DNA of 54,391 nucleotides from positions 38,814,393 through 38,868,783 of the forward strand of contig NC_068984.1 in NCBI RefSeq assembly GCF_001194135.2, in the 5' to 3' direction. The stretch is from Octopus bimaculoides. Its lineage: Eukaryota. The position numbers were made by a program, and so were the translations under genes. Shown here piece after piece: positions 11,501 through 24,079 of the stretch. Position 1 is the stretch's first letter. Each line of letters begins with the position of its first letter. The notes beneath the pieces are model-generated. The model was not told where the DNA came from. It saw nothing but the letters and a program-made list of their open reading frames with translations, and ran no database searches.

Positions 11501-12679
11501 CTTTTGACGTTTTCTTGATGTAACAATAGTAGACTTGTTTTTAAGTTGAGAATCTGGGAATAAATAAGGATCATTGGAAGTGCATGCACCAACATTTACA
11601 TTTTGTGTCACAGCAAGCTGTGCCTCAGTATTTGGTACAATGTTTGTTACATTATTAGCTGGTTGCACAATAGAAATATCATCTTGTTGAACAGATTGAG
11701 TTTCTGAATCTTGGTTGTCTCTAGCTACAAGAGGAGAATATTGTTTTTGTCCTAAGATATTTATTGGTGTTTTCATCATACCAGTAACTGTCACTTCAGC
11801 TGTTGGCGTCACAAGGGGTTTAACAGGCATTAATTCTGTAATAGTGCTAGATGTTTCACCCATGCTGCATGAAGCCTGTCCAGGCATTGATGCTGATACC
11901 ACTTTACCAAGACATTCTGTTGATTGCCTTTTGTAGGGCTGAGATATTGAAACACCTTTTCCTGGTATATTTCCAATTAACATTTGATTAGACATATTGT
12001 AAACATTCATTTCATCTTCTTCTTCATAAGGCATGATGGATTCTTTGGCATTGGAATTATTATTTTGGCTTGAAGTTGATGTAAGCCTTGCACATAGATT
12101 GTCAGGCATCGTGGTTTCATGATCATAAGAATTTGGGGAAATATCACTTGGCTGACCTACTGGTTCGGATTTTGAGGAAATTTTAGAATTTCCTTTAGAG
12201 ATTAATTTATCTGGGAGAGATGCTGGTTTTCTTTTTTCTTGTTCACCATCGTGAAAGCTGCCATTAGCATCTCCAGCTCTAATGTCTATAACTCCCTGGC
12301 TTAAAGACAGTGGTTTGGCAGAAAGATGTTTTTCACCTTTGGGAATTAAAGAAAAATACTTATTTGAAGACACTGCATCTTTCTTCTCTTGAATCTTAGT
12401 AAAAGTCTTTTGTTGACAACTATCAAGAATTGTTTTTTCATGTAAATCAGCCTCATTTATCCTCTTTTCATTAGATATTTTAGAAACAAAACCTTCAGCT
12501 GAAGACATTGTTGATACAGAGAATTCACTTTTCCGTTGATCTTTTTGGGAACTTTTACCAGGTAATGGATCAAGCAGGTCTTTCTGTCGAGCCTTAAAGA
12601 AATGCTCTGAATCAAATGGATTAGCTTCTATAAATGATTCTAATGGTTTCAACTTAGATGGAAGATCCTCTTTTTGTGG
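11501..12679 (-). CDS. TP53BP1: 53BP1 large disordered exon, 393 codons
   Basis: ORF 11480..12685 trimmed to acceptor ttacatttgcag and donor AAG|GTACAT, phase 0->0. Confidence 0.85.
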
Positions 12680-13343
12680 CTGCAAATGTAAAGAGTAAAA
12701 TCAGAAAATAATGAAAACTATAAAAGCAAAAGAGGCAATAAAAAAGAACAATATACTATTAAACCAAGTGATTCATGAAGTATTTTCAAATAAAGTAAAC
12801 TAATGAAGAAATTGATCTAAGAGAGTAAATGAAATGCATATTTGAATAGCTAAATATAAAAATGACTGTTCAGATATAGTAATTTCTTGGAATTACCATC
12901 TTTTCTCTCTCTCTTCTCTCCTTTTCCAACTGGAGTAGCCATGTATCTCCTCTACTACAAGACACCTATTCTTGTCCCTCTATCATACTCTAACCTATCA
13001 TCATCTAGCACAAAGATCTCTCCCTTAATACTACTCCAACCTCAGTTGAGGGACTCTTGTCTTGCAAGTTAGTTAATGACCTCACTAATGCTGGCGCCAC
13101 ATAAAAAAGCACCAGTACACTCAGTAAAGAGGTTCGCATTGGGAAGGGCATTCAGCCATAGGAACTATATTATAGCAGAGAGTAGAGGTCAGTGCAGTTG
13201 TTTGGCATGCCAGCTCCCGTCAAAAACATCTAACTCATGCCAACATGGAAGACATACATTTGATGATGATGATGGTTTCCAAGTCACATCAACCAAATCT
13301 AATCATTATCATGTAATATTTTATGTACAAATCAATATTATAC

Positions 13344-13410
13344 CTGGGTTTTATGTGGATTAGCTGCATCTGAAGGTGATGATGTCTGCTGAGAAAATTC
13401 ACTATTTGAC
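13344..13410 (-). CDS. TP53BP1: 53BP1 exon (SNSEFSQQTSSPSDAANPHKTQ)
   Basis: tattttgacag acceptor, CAG|GTATAA donor, 67 nt, phase 2->0. Confidence 0.78.
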
Positions 13411-14769
13411 CTGTCAAAATATCAGATAATAAAACTGAGAAAAAGTGTAATCAAAGCAGGTCATATTCACAAGGAGAGAATTTACAGATGTAAACCCTGT
13501 AACACTATGGAACTAAACTATAGTTGATTTTTACAGAAAGCAAGGCACTGTTAGTAAGTCAAAGTGTAAGTTAGAAACCAAATACAAAGACTCCAAACTG
13601 AATTTCCTGGAAGTTCACATTCACATATACACACATGAACAAACAGATAAAGAGAGAAGTAGAATGGGTGAGAAAATAGTTAAAATATGATACAAGCTGA
13701 ATAAGTACTTGTTTATATTTATATTCATCTGAACTGTGACATCTGAAAATGCTTTTACCCAATAGTGGGGAATTCACTGGGCTTTGAAAGATTCTTCTCC
13801 TATCACATATATAAAAAGCATTGTTGAGTTGAACACTATATTATGTATATAACATTCAATTCTCAACTGTAGTAGCACTTGTTGCCATTCTATTTTCACT
13901 AAGATTTAAATTCTATTTCCACCAAGACTCAGCATAACAAAGACATCTGGTTATTTGAACTTAACCAGAAATATCTGACATGATGACGCCAAAGACGAGT
14001 AGAGTCATTAAGATCAGACAAAATATCTTGTATTTAGTTAAAGATGTTCACAACTGAAGAATCTTGAAGAGTTGATGGACCAGAAGTTTTTCTTCAACTA
14101 CACAATGTCAGTAAATAATTTTTATGGTTGAAGGGAAACCTCTGGTCAGCTAACTTCTCTTGTTCTTTTTTTTGTTTTTTTTTCAGTTGCAAACAACCTT
14201 GAAAGATATACCCTATCAGCCTAAAATATGAAATTTATATCCCTATTAACATGATGTTTGCTTGATGGTTGACATCTTTTTTTAGGGAATTTTGAGCCCA
14301 CATGAAAAATCTCTGAAGTCATCTCTGGTATGAAACTGAATCAGGATACACATCACAAGGTTACATATGTCATTCAAATTGAAGAGATTCACATTGGCTC
14401 TAAGGTCATCATGCAAAAACAGTGTTGACTAATTTTGCGATCAGACAAGTTCTTCATAATATCAGGAGAATGTTTACAGGTTAAATATTCACAAAAATAT
14501 TTCTGTAAATATTTGTGAATAATCACAAGTGTATTCTTGTAAATATTTGTCTGAATCTCAGAAGATTGGTAGACAAACAAATGATATAGAGAAACAAGAA
14601 TGCTATCCATCAAGATTATTGAAGAAAATTTAATGCAGAGGGGAAATCTTCTATGTAAGAAGATTTAATAAAGATTAATATTTAAGACTGATAAAGAAAA
14701 ATATTAAATGTCAAAAATTAAACATGAAACTAGTGTTGTGATAGAACAAGGAAGCATAGTAAAAGATAT

Positions 14770-15062
14770 TGTAGTAACGCTGTGCGCATGCGTAGTCTCA
14801 CGCATGGGTGGAATTCAACAACCAAGCTTTCCCGCTTCATTCTGTCTCTTTCTTGCTGGCCAGCGATTGAGCAAGGACGTGTTTAGCTGTCTCCCTCCAT
14901 CTTTCGAACTTACGCTACTTTCCACTAAAATATCTAAAAAATGAAAATTATCAGAAATTACTAAGAATGCAGAAAAGCAAAGAGAAGTAAGTCTCTGGTA
15001 TATACAGCAAATATAAAACTGTATATTATGATGATAGGAATTAATCATGACAGTTATTTACA
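14770..15062. mobile_element. CpG-rich island, probable solo LTR or internal promoter
   Basis: Starts TGTAGTAAC, ends GTTATTTACA (imperfect terminal inverted repeat); 9 CpGs in ~140 bp; TGCGCATGCG motif; no target-site duplication found. Confidence 0.35.
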
Positions 15063-15499
15063 TCCATCATCCTCCTCCAAACTCCACTGAAGGCAGTGAG
15101 CTGACAGAATCATTATCACATAAGACAAAATGCTTAGCAGGATTTCTTCTCGTTTTTACATTCTGAGTTGAAGTTCTACTGAGGTCAACTTTGCTTTTCA
15201 TTCTTTAGGGGTTGATAAAATAAGTACCAGCTGAGCACTGGAGTCAATGTAATTGAGTAGCACCCCGCCTCTCAAAATTTCAGGCCTTGTGCCTACAGTA
15301 CAAAGAATTACTCTGTTAATCTTCAAATAATGATCTTTATGAGAATAGTAACCGCACTAATATTCATCTACATACAACAGCAGAAACAGTTGATCCTGTT
15401 TTATATTAGTGTTGTATCATATTCAATCATCACTGCTCCAAGTTTAAATTTCATTTGAGATCAACTTTTAATAAATAAGTGTAGAGTCTACATTTCACC

Positions 15500-15920
15500 A
15501 GAAATTATACATAATCCACCACAAAGTCCAGTTTTTGTTGCTGTGTGGTGGCTTGTGTGCCTCATTGACCCAGAAAACCAAGCCAGTGGGGCACAAGCTC
15601 CTGGTAGGGTCTCCGGTGCTGGACTCCCCATATTGATACAAACGACCTCTTCCCAGAGGTAAAAGTAGGTTTGCATAGGGCCAACACCCCTATCTAGGAA
15701 AAAGGCAAAGTTACTGAAGCATCAATGACAATTCTACATCAACAAGACCTGGGAAAGAAGGCCTTCCCTCAGGGAAATATATGATGTGATGCAGCGAAAT
15801 CCTGAAGGAAGAAGAACTGAAAAAGCCAGGATCCAATAGAGAGAAGTAGAAAAAGCAGCTCAGGGTTGAGAATAGTGGAGAAAAGTTATCAAAGGCCTAT
15901 GCTTCATTGAGAGTGAAGGG
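15500..15920. mobile_element. Decayed retroelement fragment, family uncertain
   Basis: Higher-GC block unrelated to the exons, with LINE-terminus-like composition. Confidence 0.25.
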
Positions 15921-16080
15921 CTTAGATAAGTAAATAAGTGTTATACACAATATCCAATTCATTACAAAAAAATATCTTTGTGCTTGATTAAAAGAGACTA
16001 AAGTTAATTAATATATAACTCTGTAAATGTAGTAGTAAAATTAAGACAGGCAACTAGGAATATATTTTTCATTTACTTAC

Positions 16081-16363
16081 AGCTGAGGCATAGAATCTTG
16101 GTAATTCTTCATTTTCTCACTGGCAGAATCACTAAGACCACTCCCTTTCTGTGAGATCTGAGAATCAGATGAATTAGTAAGATCACTTCTTTTCTGTGAA
16201 GTTTGAGAAACAGACAGATGACCAAAACCACTCCCTTTTTGTGAAGTCTGAGAAACAGAAGTTTTTCTAACACTACTTTTATTTTGCGGTGTCTTAGATA
16301 AAGATGAATTATGAAAACTGTTTCCTGGTGATACTTTTGGCAAATTAAGGGTGAACTCAAGAA
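16081..16363 (-). CDS. TP53BP1: 53BP1 exon (LEFTLNLPK...SQTSQ repeats...QDSMPQ)
   Basis: tttctttggtttcag acceptor, GTAAGT donor, 283 nt, phase 1->2; FTLNLPK resembles human FHFTLPK. Confidence 0.82.
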
Positions 16364-18740
16364 CTGAAACCAAAGAAATAATTAAATAATTATATTTAAC
16401 TGCAATTAAGAATTATCATCTCTTTTATCTCTGTAATTAATAATTAATTAATTGATACTTTTATTGAGTATTAAAAATATATTAGGTTACATATGAGTGA
16501 AACATGAAATAAAATTTCCTTACACATATTATTCTATTATTCCCAATCACACAAAATACTTTATATCAACAAAATTTATCTTATAATAGTACTTTCAAGG
16601 GTTTTGCTGTATCTATATATATGAAACTGATCTTAAAATTTTGCTGCTTACGAAACCTCACAAATATGATTAATAAGAACATTAATAAAAACTTACAATG
16701 AGTCATATCAGCTAGTAATTTAGACATTCTTTATATATAATGAAGAATTTGCTGAATGTATTACTAGAGACAGGATTGCACACTTAATGAAATTCATATA
16801 CATGCACAAATGGATAAACTAGATACCTATTTTACATGTTGTTATTTCTAAACCAATGCCATTTACCTCTGCATCCACATTTAGCTTTAGAATATATGTG
16901 TAGACCAACGAGGAAGCTTCTACATGGGTCATTCAATCTTCTAGAAATAGCATCTCCTTCAAATCCACCCTAACATCTTAAACAAAAAAGGTCATTTCAA
17001 CTCATATGATCCTTGGTACAGTGCCTAGATAAAAGCTAGAATAGTCAAATACATTTGTTTTGCATTCTTAGGTTAATCCTCAAAAAATAACTTCATTTAT
17101 TTCATTTTTGTATTTGATCTGCAAGATTTTTGATGTGAACTCCTGTATTGAAACAGATTTTGTTGTATCTTGGAAGGGTCAAAATGTCAATAATAAACAT
17201 GTACGTCCCACCCATATCCATATAACTACATAAATACTAAATCTAAAACTAAAAGACAAAGAGACCAGAAGCTGACCTAGAGTAGAAAGGGCATGTCCTT
17301 GAGGTCATAAATAGCAATGAAAGGTCTTTGGTAAACACAATTGATTGTTTAACTGAATGATTAATCAAACAATTTATTAATTAGTTGATTAAATAGCTAA
17401 CCAACTGATGAATAATAATACAGAAGTGAAACTGAACCAGTGCATGTGTTTATTATTGGTGTAATGACCACCCCAAGATACAACATAATTTCTTTTAATT
17501 AAGTGAATTCAGATAAACTAAAAGTGGGGCACTGAAAATTTTTTAAATGATCTCATTAGAGATTAGATTTAAATGATATGGACTCACAAAGTAAGATTGA
17601 ATATATGATACTTAAATGAACAAGATTGCTGTTGTTGTTGCATAGCTTGGATCTGCTCTACTTATATAGACTTATGGTTACTATGTTAGCCACTTAATGT
17701 TTGGACAGAATCCAGAAATTCAGGACCATAGATAAAACTTACTTCAGTCTAGGTAGGAAAAAAAAAATCATTGTACACTAGATCAGGTGATCATTGATTG
17801 CACAGGGTACAGTTAGGTAATCAAAGCATGTTGCATTTGTAAAATTTTTCTCAGAGGTGCTGTAGAACTGTAGAACAAAGCAAGTAGGAGAAAGACAATA
17901 TGCAACAATCTTAGTTCATAAGAAATGGTTGTCAACTGTTTGGGCAAAAGGAAGTGGCAGCAATGGTAGCAGCAGTCATTGTCTGCAGCATTGTAAATGT
18001 GTCCAGACGTTTCAGGGTAGCTTGATGTATGGTTGCAAAGAGTTGGAGTAGAATGTGACAACATGAACTTTTTGTTTAGTACCTAGCCAGGAACAGAGGT
18101 CAGTGTACATGACCCTTTTTAGGGTCTTCAAGACGCTGGTGGATAAGAGAGAGGAAGATATAATTAAACTAGAAACCTAGCCATAGTGCCTATCAAGACT
18201 GGTCGCTGCTAAAGGTACCCAAGGCCCTAGTGGTGGTACTGAACTGGACAATGGATTTATTCTATCACACAGGTAGGCCACAACAGGATTTTAATACAGA
18301 ATGTAAAAGCCAGAATAAATAAAAGTCCCCTCACCCCCATCCTACACTCTAACAGTTTTGCGAGCCCTCTACTGTAGACTTTAATTCATTCGACATCTGT
18401 TTCTCCATGCTAGCATGGGTCAAGCAAATATATTACAGAAGTATTGCTTTACAGCTGGATGCCCTTCCTTCAGTAACCCCTACCTGATTTTCAAATAAGG
18501 GACCTCTAATTTCACATGTCTTTGAAGATACAAAATGAGTAGATGATTTATTGACAGAAATGACAACACCACTTACACCAAAGAACTTTCATAGGACACA
18601 AATATAAACAAATACAGAAGCACACACATATAGTGTTCAGGTTAAATTTGACAATTTTCATATCTTCTTTTCTTCTGGAATAGTCAATGGCATTAGAGAG
18701 CATAGAGATTAAAGTTGTAGTTGAGATAAAATAAGATGAC

Positions 18741-19260
18741 ATGGAGGACTGGAAGCCATTTGAATTTTGGAAAAGAATTACCTGTATCATGATGAATCAT
18801 ACTGGGTGTCAAAATGCCAATATCATGATTGCTACTCAATGCTCTATGAACAGTGTAAGGGTTGTAAGATGTGGCATGGACAGTTGCAACAAAGACTATG
18901 TAGCCGTGGCCAGTAGGAAGGGACACAGCAAGTGTTCTCACTGCATTAGCACAGCAGAATTCATTCAACAACTGCAGAAAAAGGTGATGGAAGATCTGAG
19001 CAAGGGAATTTGGACTTTAGCAAGAGAGATGGGCATTGGAATCACTACCATGAAGCTGACTCTGAATGAGGACCTTTACAACAACTTATATAAGAGGTAC
19101 ATGGGACAAACTCTGACAGTCAAGGTCAAGGAGAACTGTTTGATGAAGGCAAAGAAGCTCCGAAAGAAACTGAGGCATCCTGTTGAACAAGGGATGATTT
19201 GGTTCTTCTCAGATGAAAAGAACTTCTGCCAGGACCAGTTCCACAACACCCACACACATT
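18741..19260 (+). mobile_element. Tc1/mariner transposase N-terminal half (maT/DD37D-like), truncated by a family B SINE at 19262-19431
   Basis: HTH-like region then IWFFSDEKNFCQDQFHN (first catalytic D of the DDD triad). Confidence 0.75.
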
Positions 19261-19610
19261 GGGAATGGTTTTTTTTTTTCATTTTCCCTCTACCAAATCC
19301 ACTCACAAGGCTTTCGTTGGCCCAGGGCTCTCATAGGAAACAATCAGCCAAGATGTCGCACAGTGGGACTGAACCCAAGACCACATGGCTAGGAAGCAAG
19401 CTTTTTAACCACACAACCATGCCTGCACCTATAAGATAATTGGGTCAGATCTTCAATAACATAATATAAGCCCTTCAATTCATAACAGTTTAGAAAAGTT
19501 AAAGAGTAAATAATAAAAGTGATCTTCATTGAAGAAGCAGAATAAATTTGTAATTTCAAAACAGATCAACAGCATTGAGGTAAATATGTATTACAACATT
19601 GTAAACATAC

Positions 19611-19769
19611 CATCTTCAGAACTACTGTCTTTAAAAACAGAACGAACACTTTGATTAGATTTTTCTTCTTTCAACATAACAGAAGTTCTGCTTGCTTGTG
19701 ACTGTGTCATATCCTTGTTTTCAGATATTTGTGAACTGAGACTCAAATACAAATTTAAGTCTTGGCTCT
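19611..19769 (-). CDS. TP53BP1: 53BP1 exon (ESQDLNLYLSLSSQISENKDMTQSQ...SSSED)
   Basis: ttttttcttttctag acceptor, TG|GTATGT donor, 159 nt, phase 1->1; inside ORF 19591..19881. Confidence 0.82.
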
Positions 19770-19920
19770 CTAGAAAAGAAAAAATATTTGCAACAGTTAA
19801 GAATTTAAAAACAAAGAAAAAAAATCTTAAGAAGATATTCATTTGTGATAGCTGAAAGAGATTTGGGCCAAGGAGACTCACAATGCAATAATCAGATCAG
19901 AACTTAAAATATTAAAATTC

Positions 19921-20361
19921 ATGCAGGAAGTTGTAATGGATAAGGAAAGACAGAGAGCAGTTCAGCTCCCCAACAATGTCATTCCACATGATATAAAGAT
20001 CTCTCGAGTAATGTTACCCAACACAGTACATAGCTTGGAGATCAGGGAGTCTCTCCAGGTCAAAACTGCTATTCACATTGAGAGATCACAGCTCCAGCTC
20101 TATGCACATGTGATTAGAATGTTGCAGGGAAGAATCACAAGGTGGATTCTTCAAGCTGAACCAACCTGTAGGAGACCTGATAGTAGACCAAGAATGAGAT
20201 GGTTGGCTAATATCCACAGTCTTAAAGTCATGCTTGGAAATTCAGCTGGAAAATCTAATGCAGTGACTTTTGTCAAGACCCTAGGGAAAAGGTACTTGAA
20301 GATTCTATTCCATGACCCTTCCAGGAACAGAGGGCAGAGAAAATGGATGGTAGAAATATAG
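19921..20361 (+). mobile_element. RTE-clade LINE C-terminal fragment
   Basis: IERSQLQLYAHVIRM...RRPDSRPRMRW resembles the RTE consensus RLRWFGHVxRM...RPRGRPRxRW. Confidence 0.7.
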
Positions 20362-20719
20362 AGTACCTAAAATTATTTAATTCAAACTGCCTTATATTCT
20401 TTGTGGGCTCAAATCTTACTGAGGCTGACTTGTCTTTTATCCTTCAGGGATGTACTGAGATCAACTAAATCAACTACATATAGCTGCCCTCTAAATATTT
20501 ATTAATCTTCTGCCAACATAAGAAATTATCATCTAAGAAATGAAATATTTCTTAGAATATTTGAAAAATTGTGCTCTACAAAGGCAAAGTTCGCTATACA
20601 ACTAAATTTTATATCTCATCTGAGTGGCTTAACTATATATTTCTAAATTGTCTTTGAAACTACAACTTTTGCCCTATATAACAAACACTTTTAACCTAAA
20701 GAGATATCAGACAATAGAA

Positions 20720-21055
20720 GGGTAAAGACCCCCTTTGGTCATGAAAGGCTATGGGATTGCACCTAGAAGGTTACCCTCTGAGGCACAAGTCCAGGCAAGG
20801 TTGTTTATGGAAGACCAACAGTCGTCCATGCAAACCAGCCTCCCTTCTCCACTGTAATCCAAGGAAAAGGCAGAGGCCAATACAGCTTGGCACCAGTGAT
20901 ATCGCAACTCATTGCTATAGCTGAGTGAACTGGAGCAATGTGAAATCAAGAGACTTGCTCAAGAACACAACACACAGCCCAGTCCAGGAATCGAACTCAC
21001 TACCTCATGGTTGTGAGCCCGATGCTCTAACACTGACCCATGCGCCTTTGCTTGA
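20720..21055 (-). mobile_element. tRNA-derived SINE, fourth family; related partial copy at ~26860-27060
   Basis: Minus strand reads GTGAGTTCGATTCC (B box) after an A-box-like head. Confidence 0.6.
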
Positions 21056-21432
21056 CATCAGACAATAACTACAATATTATGGTTAGCACTAATTATGTCA
21101 CTTAAATAACAGGCATAATCACCTTCTAGCAGCTCATTTAAACAGTCAACAGCTTCCAAGTCTACAGTTTCTATTGTTAACTACATGAGATCCTTAAGTT
21201 TTGATTCCTTGACAGTCTTAGTATTCACACACAAATACATATATATTCATATCCAGAGAACACATAAACACAAAATTTAAACTGAGATAAAGAAGGGAGA
21301 GAGAGATTATTAAGATAGAAAAACATGCAATGATACAAAGAAAAGCACTTAGCTGTAATCCTAGAAATATAATCTGATATTCTCAAAGTGAATTGATATC
21401 AATAGTAAATCAATATATTTAAATAAACATAC

Positions 21433-21478
21433 CACAAATTTCATCTGTATATTTTTGTGAATATGTTTTTGGGTCAAT
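21433..21478 (-). CDS. TP53BP1: 53BP1 exon (IDPKTYSQKYTDEIC)
   Basis: tattttattttag acceptor, TG|GTATGT donor, 46 nt, phase 0->1. Confidence 0.72.
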
Positions 21479-23274
21479 CTAAAATAAAATAATACAAATC
21501 AAAAGCGTTCTCTTAAATAAATAAATAAAAAAGGAACAACTGTCAAATCAACAAAAAAGGGTAAAACAAGCAACTTAAACCATTTCAGCTTCATTATAAT
21601 CAGTTAATTGTTATCGGAGCTGAATTAAGCTAGTGTTTAATCCTGCAGCATTGCATTCAGTTAGCAGAATCATCAACTTGTTTCAAAAAGTGCTTAGTGG
21701 CATCTGTTCCAGTTCTTTACATTCTGAGTTCAAATCCCACCATGGTCAACTTTGCCTTTCATCTTTTCAGGGTCAATAAAATGAGTACCAGTTAAACACC
21801 AGGGTCAATGTAATTTGTCCTCTCCCTTAAACTTGCTGGTTTTGTGCCAAAATTTGAAACCATTTAAGTTCATTTAAATGTGCTCTCAAAGAGTACTATC
21901 TTTCAAATTATTTGGAAATGACTTAATAATAATGAGTGTGATGATGAAATCAAATATTTATTTCTAGCATTACCAGCTGGTTCAGCTTAACCAAAGACCT
22001 TTATAAACTAGTTAGATTAAACATCACTATCATCATCATTATTTAATGTGTTTTCCATGTTGGCTTGGGTTGGATTGCTTGACAGGAGCTGACAAGCAAA
22101 AGGGCTGCACCAGGTTCTAATTGCCTGTTTGGGTATGGTCTCTATGACTGGATGCTCTTCCTAACACCAGCCACTTTACAGAGGGTACTGGTTGCTTTTT
22201 ATGGGGCACCAGCACATGTGCCTTTTGTGGGAGCTTGTTACGTGACACCAGCATGGGTGCTTTTTACATGGCACCAGCATGGGTGTTTTTTATGTGGTAC
22301 AGTTCATATACAAAGAACTAGATTTGGTGCACAGAATTGTTGTTTATACACCTTGTTTCTTCAATCTTTTGAAAATAGGGAATCAAATCATGTTCAATAT
22401 TCACTGTATCATAAGTACATACGTGGACAAGTAAATCACATCTTGTGTTTGTACATTAGAAAATGAATGCAATAAAATAATTCTTCCTATTTAAAATAGA
22501 AAGAATTATTTTATTACATTCATTTAGGCACAAGGCCTGAAACTTTGAGGGGAGAGGGCTAGTCAATTACATCAACCCCAATGCTCAACTGGTACTTATT
22601 TTATCAACCCTGGAAGGATGAAAGATAAAGTCTACCTTGGCAGAATTTGAACCCAGAATGTAAAAACAGTTGAAATGCAACTATGCAGGTTGTCCAGCAT
22701 GCTAATGATTCTGCTAGCTAAACACCTTAATGAATGTAATAATATAAATTCTACCCAAATAAAATAGAAACTTATTGGGAATTAAGGAGATTTGAAGCAT
22801 GTAAAAATATATTAGTTAATGGAAAAGCACAAATATTGATATAAAAAAATAACATTTTGTAAAACTACACTTTCCAATATTTTACTGCTGGTCATAATAC
22901 TGGTGTCAAATTTTGGGTCAAGGCCAGCAATCCTAGGAGAGGAAGACAGTTGATTACATCAATCCCAGTATCCAAATGATACTCATTTTATTGCCTGCCA
23001 AAAGGATGAAAGGCAAAGTCAACTTTGGTGGAATTTGAACTCAGAACATAAAGAGCCAGAAAGTGCTAGTCATATATTAAACCACTTATTTTGTGCTATT
23101 GGTATTTTTACCTGTGAATACTCTTTTTGGCAGCAAACATTCATAAGGACTAGTAAGAATTTTATATCAAGACTCACTTATGCAGATAAAGTATCTTTAA
23201 AAAAATCAATGACGTGCACACAGTAGTATTAGAATTCAAGATATATGAATCATTACTCCAAGAATAATAATAAT

Positions 23275-23630
23275 AATCATCATCATCATCATGATCGTCG
23301 TTTAACGTCCGCTTTCCATGCTAGCATGGGTTGGACGATTTGACTGAGGACTGGTGAAACCAGATGACTACACCAGGCTCCAATCTGATTTGGCAGAGTT
23401 TCTACAGCTGGATGCCCTTCCTAACGCCAACCACTCAGAGAGTGTAGTGGGTGCTTTTTATGTACCACCGGCACGAAGGCCAGTCAGGCGGTACTGGCAA
23501 CAGCCACGCTCAAAATGGTGTATTTTATGTGCCACCCGCACAAGAGCCAGTCCAGAGGCACTGGCAACAATCTCGCTCGAAAGTCCTTACACATGCCATG
23601 GGCACAAGTGCCAGAAAGGCGACGCTGGGA
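23275..23630 (-). mobile_element. Young family C SINE
   Basis: Near-identical reverse complement of 756-832 and 1700-1781. Confidence 0.8.
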
Positions 23631-23674
23631 ACAACAACAACAACAACAGCAGCAGCAGCAGCAGCAGCAACAGC

Positions 23675-23710
<36 letters not shown>

Positions 23711-23716
23711 AATAAT
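23630..23716. repeat. (CAA)n(CAG)n compound microsatellite
   Basis: Seen directly; explains the poly-Q/N/T ORFs in the ORF track. Confidence 0.95.
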
Positions 23717-23735
23717 AGATTAAGTAATATTTAAC

Positions 23736-23846
23736 CTGTGAACATGATTGTGTTGATGAGTAGTGAAGGTGTAAATTCTCACTGTCATCTTTAGAACCTT
23801 TATTGCTTTCATTCTGAGAGTATTCCCTTGATTGATGCAGAGAATC
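23736..23846 (-). CDS. TP53BP1: 53BP1 exon (DSLHQSREYSQNESNKGSKDDSENLHLHYSSTQSCSQ)
   Basis: ttttattttacag acceptor, CAG|GTTAAA donor, 111 nt, phase 0->0, SQ/TQ and LxL motif. Confidence 0.78.
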
Positions 23847-24079
23847 CTGTAAAATAAAATTGTTAAATCTTTACATTAAAATTTTGTTTAAGATATTCAT
23901 CCTATTTAATAGCTCTACCTGTGGAAGGGGCACACTCAAGATGTGGGATGAAGTAGTGAGAAAGGATCTTCAGATGCTGGGCCTCACTGAGGAAATGACA
24001 AAGGACCAGGAGTTGTGGTGATTTGCTGTACTTGAGAAGTCATGTCAAGCTAAGTAAAATCATTGTCATCCACACCTAC

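Noticed and set aside
13500-14700. Coding-looking text and 74-aa ORF 14389..14613 as a nested gene
   Set aside because: Stops at roughly random frequency in all frames and no recognisable domain; faint LINE-like motifs on the plus strand are too weak to call
17080-17170. Possible extra exon (DTTKSVSIQEF...)
   Set aside because: Weak splice sites, and phase 1->0 is not needed because 19611 joins 16363 directly
23354-23734. Poly-N, poly-T and poly-Q ORFs
   Set aside because: Translations of a SINE plus the (CAA/CAG)n microsatellite; intronic and antisense
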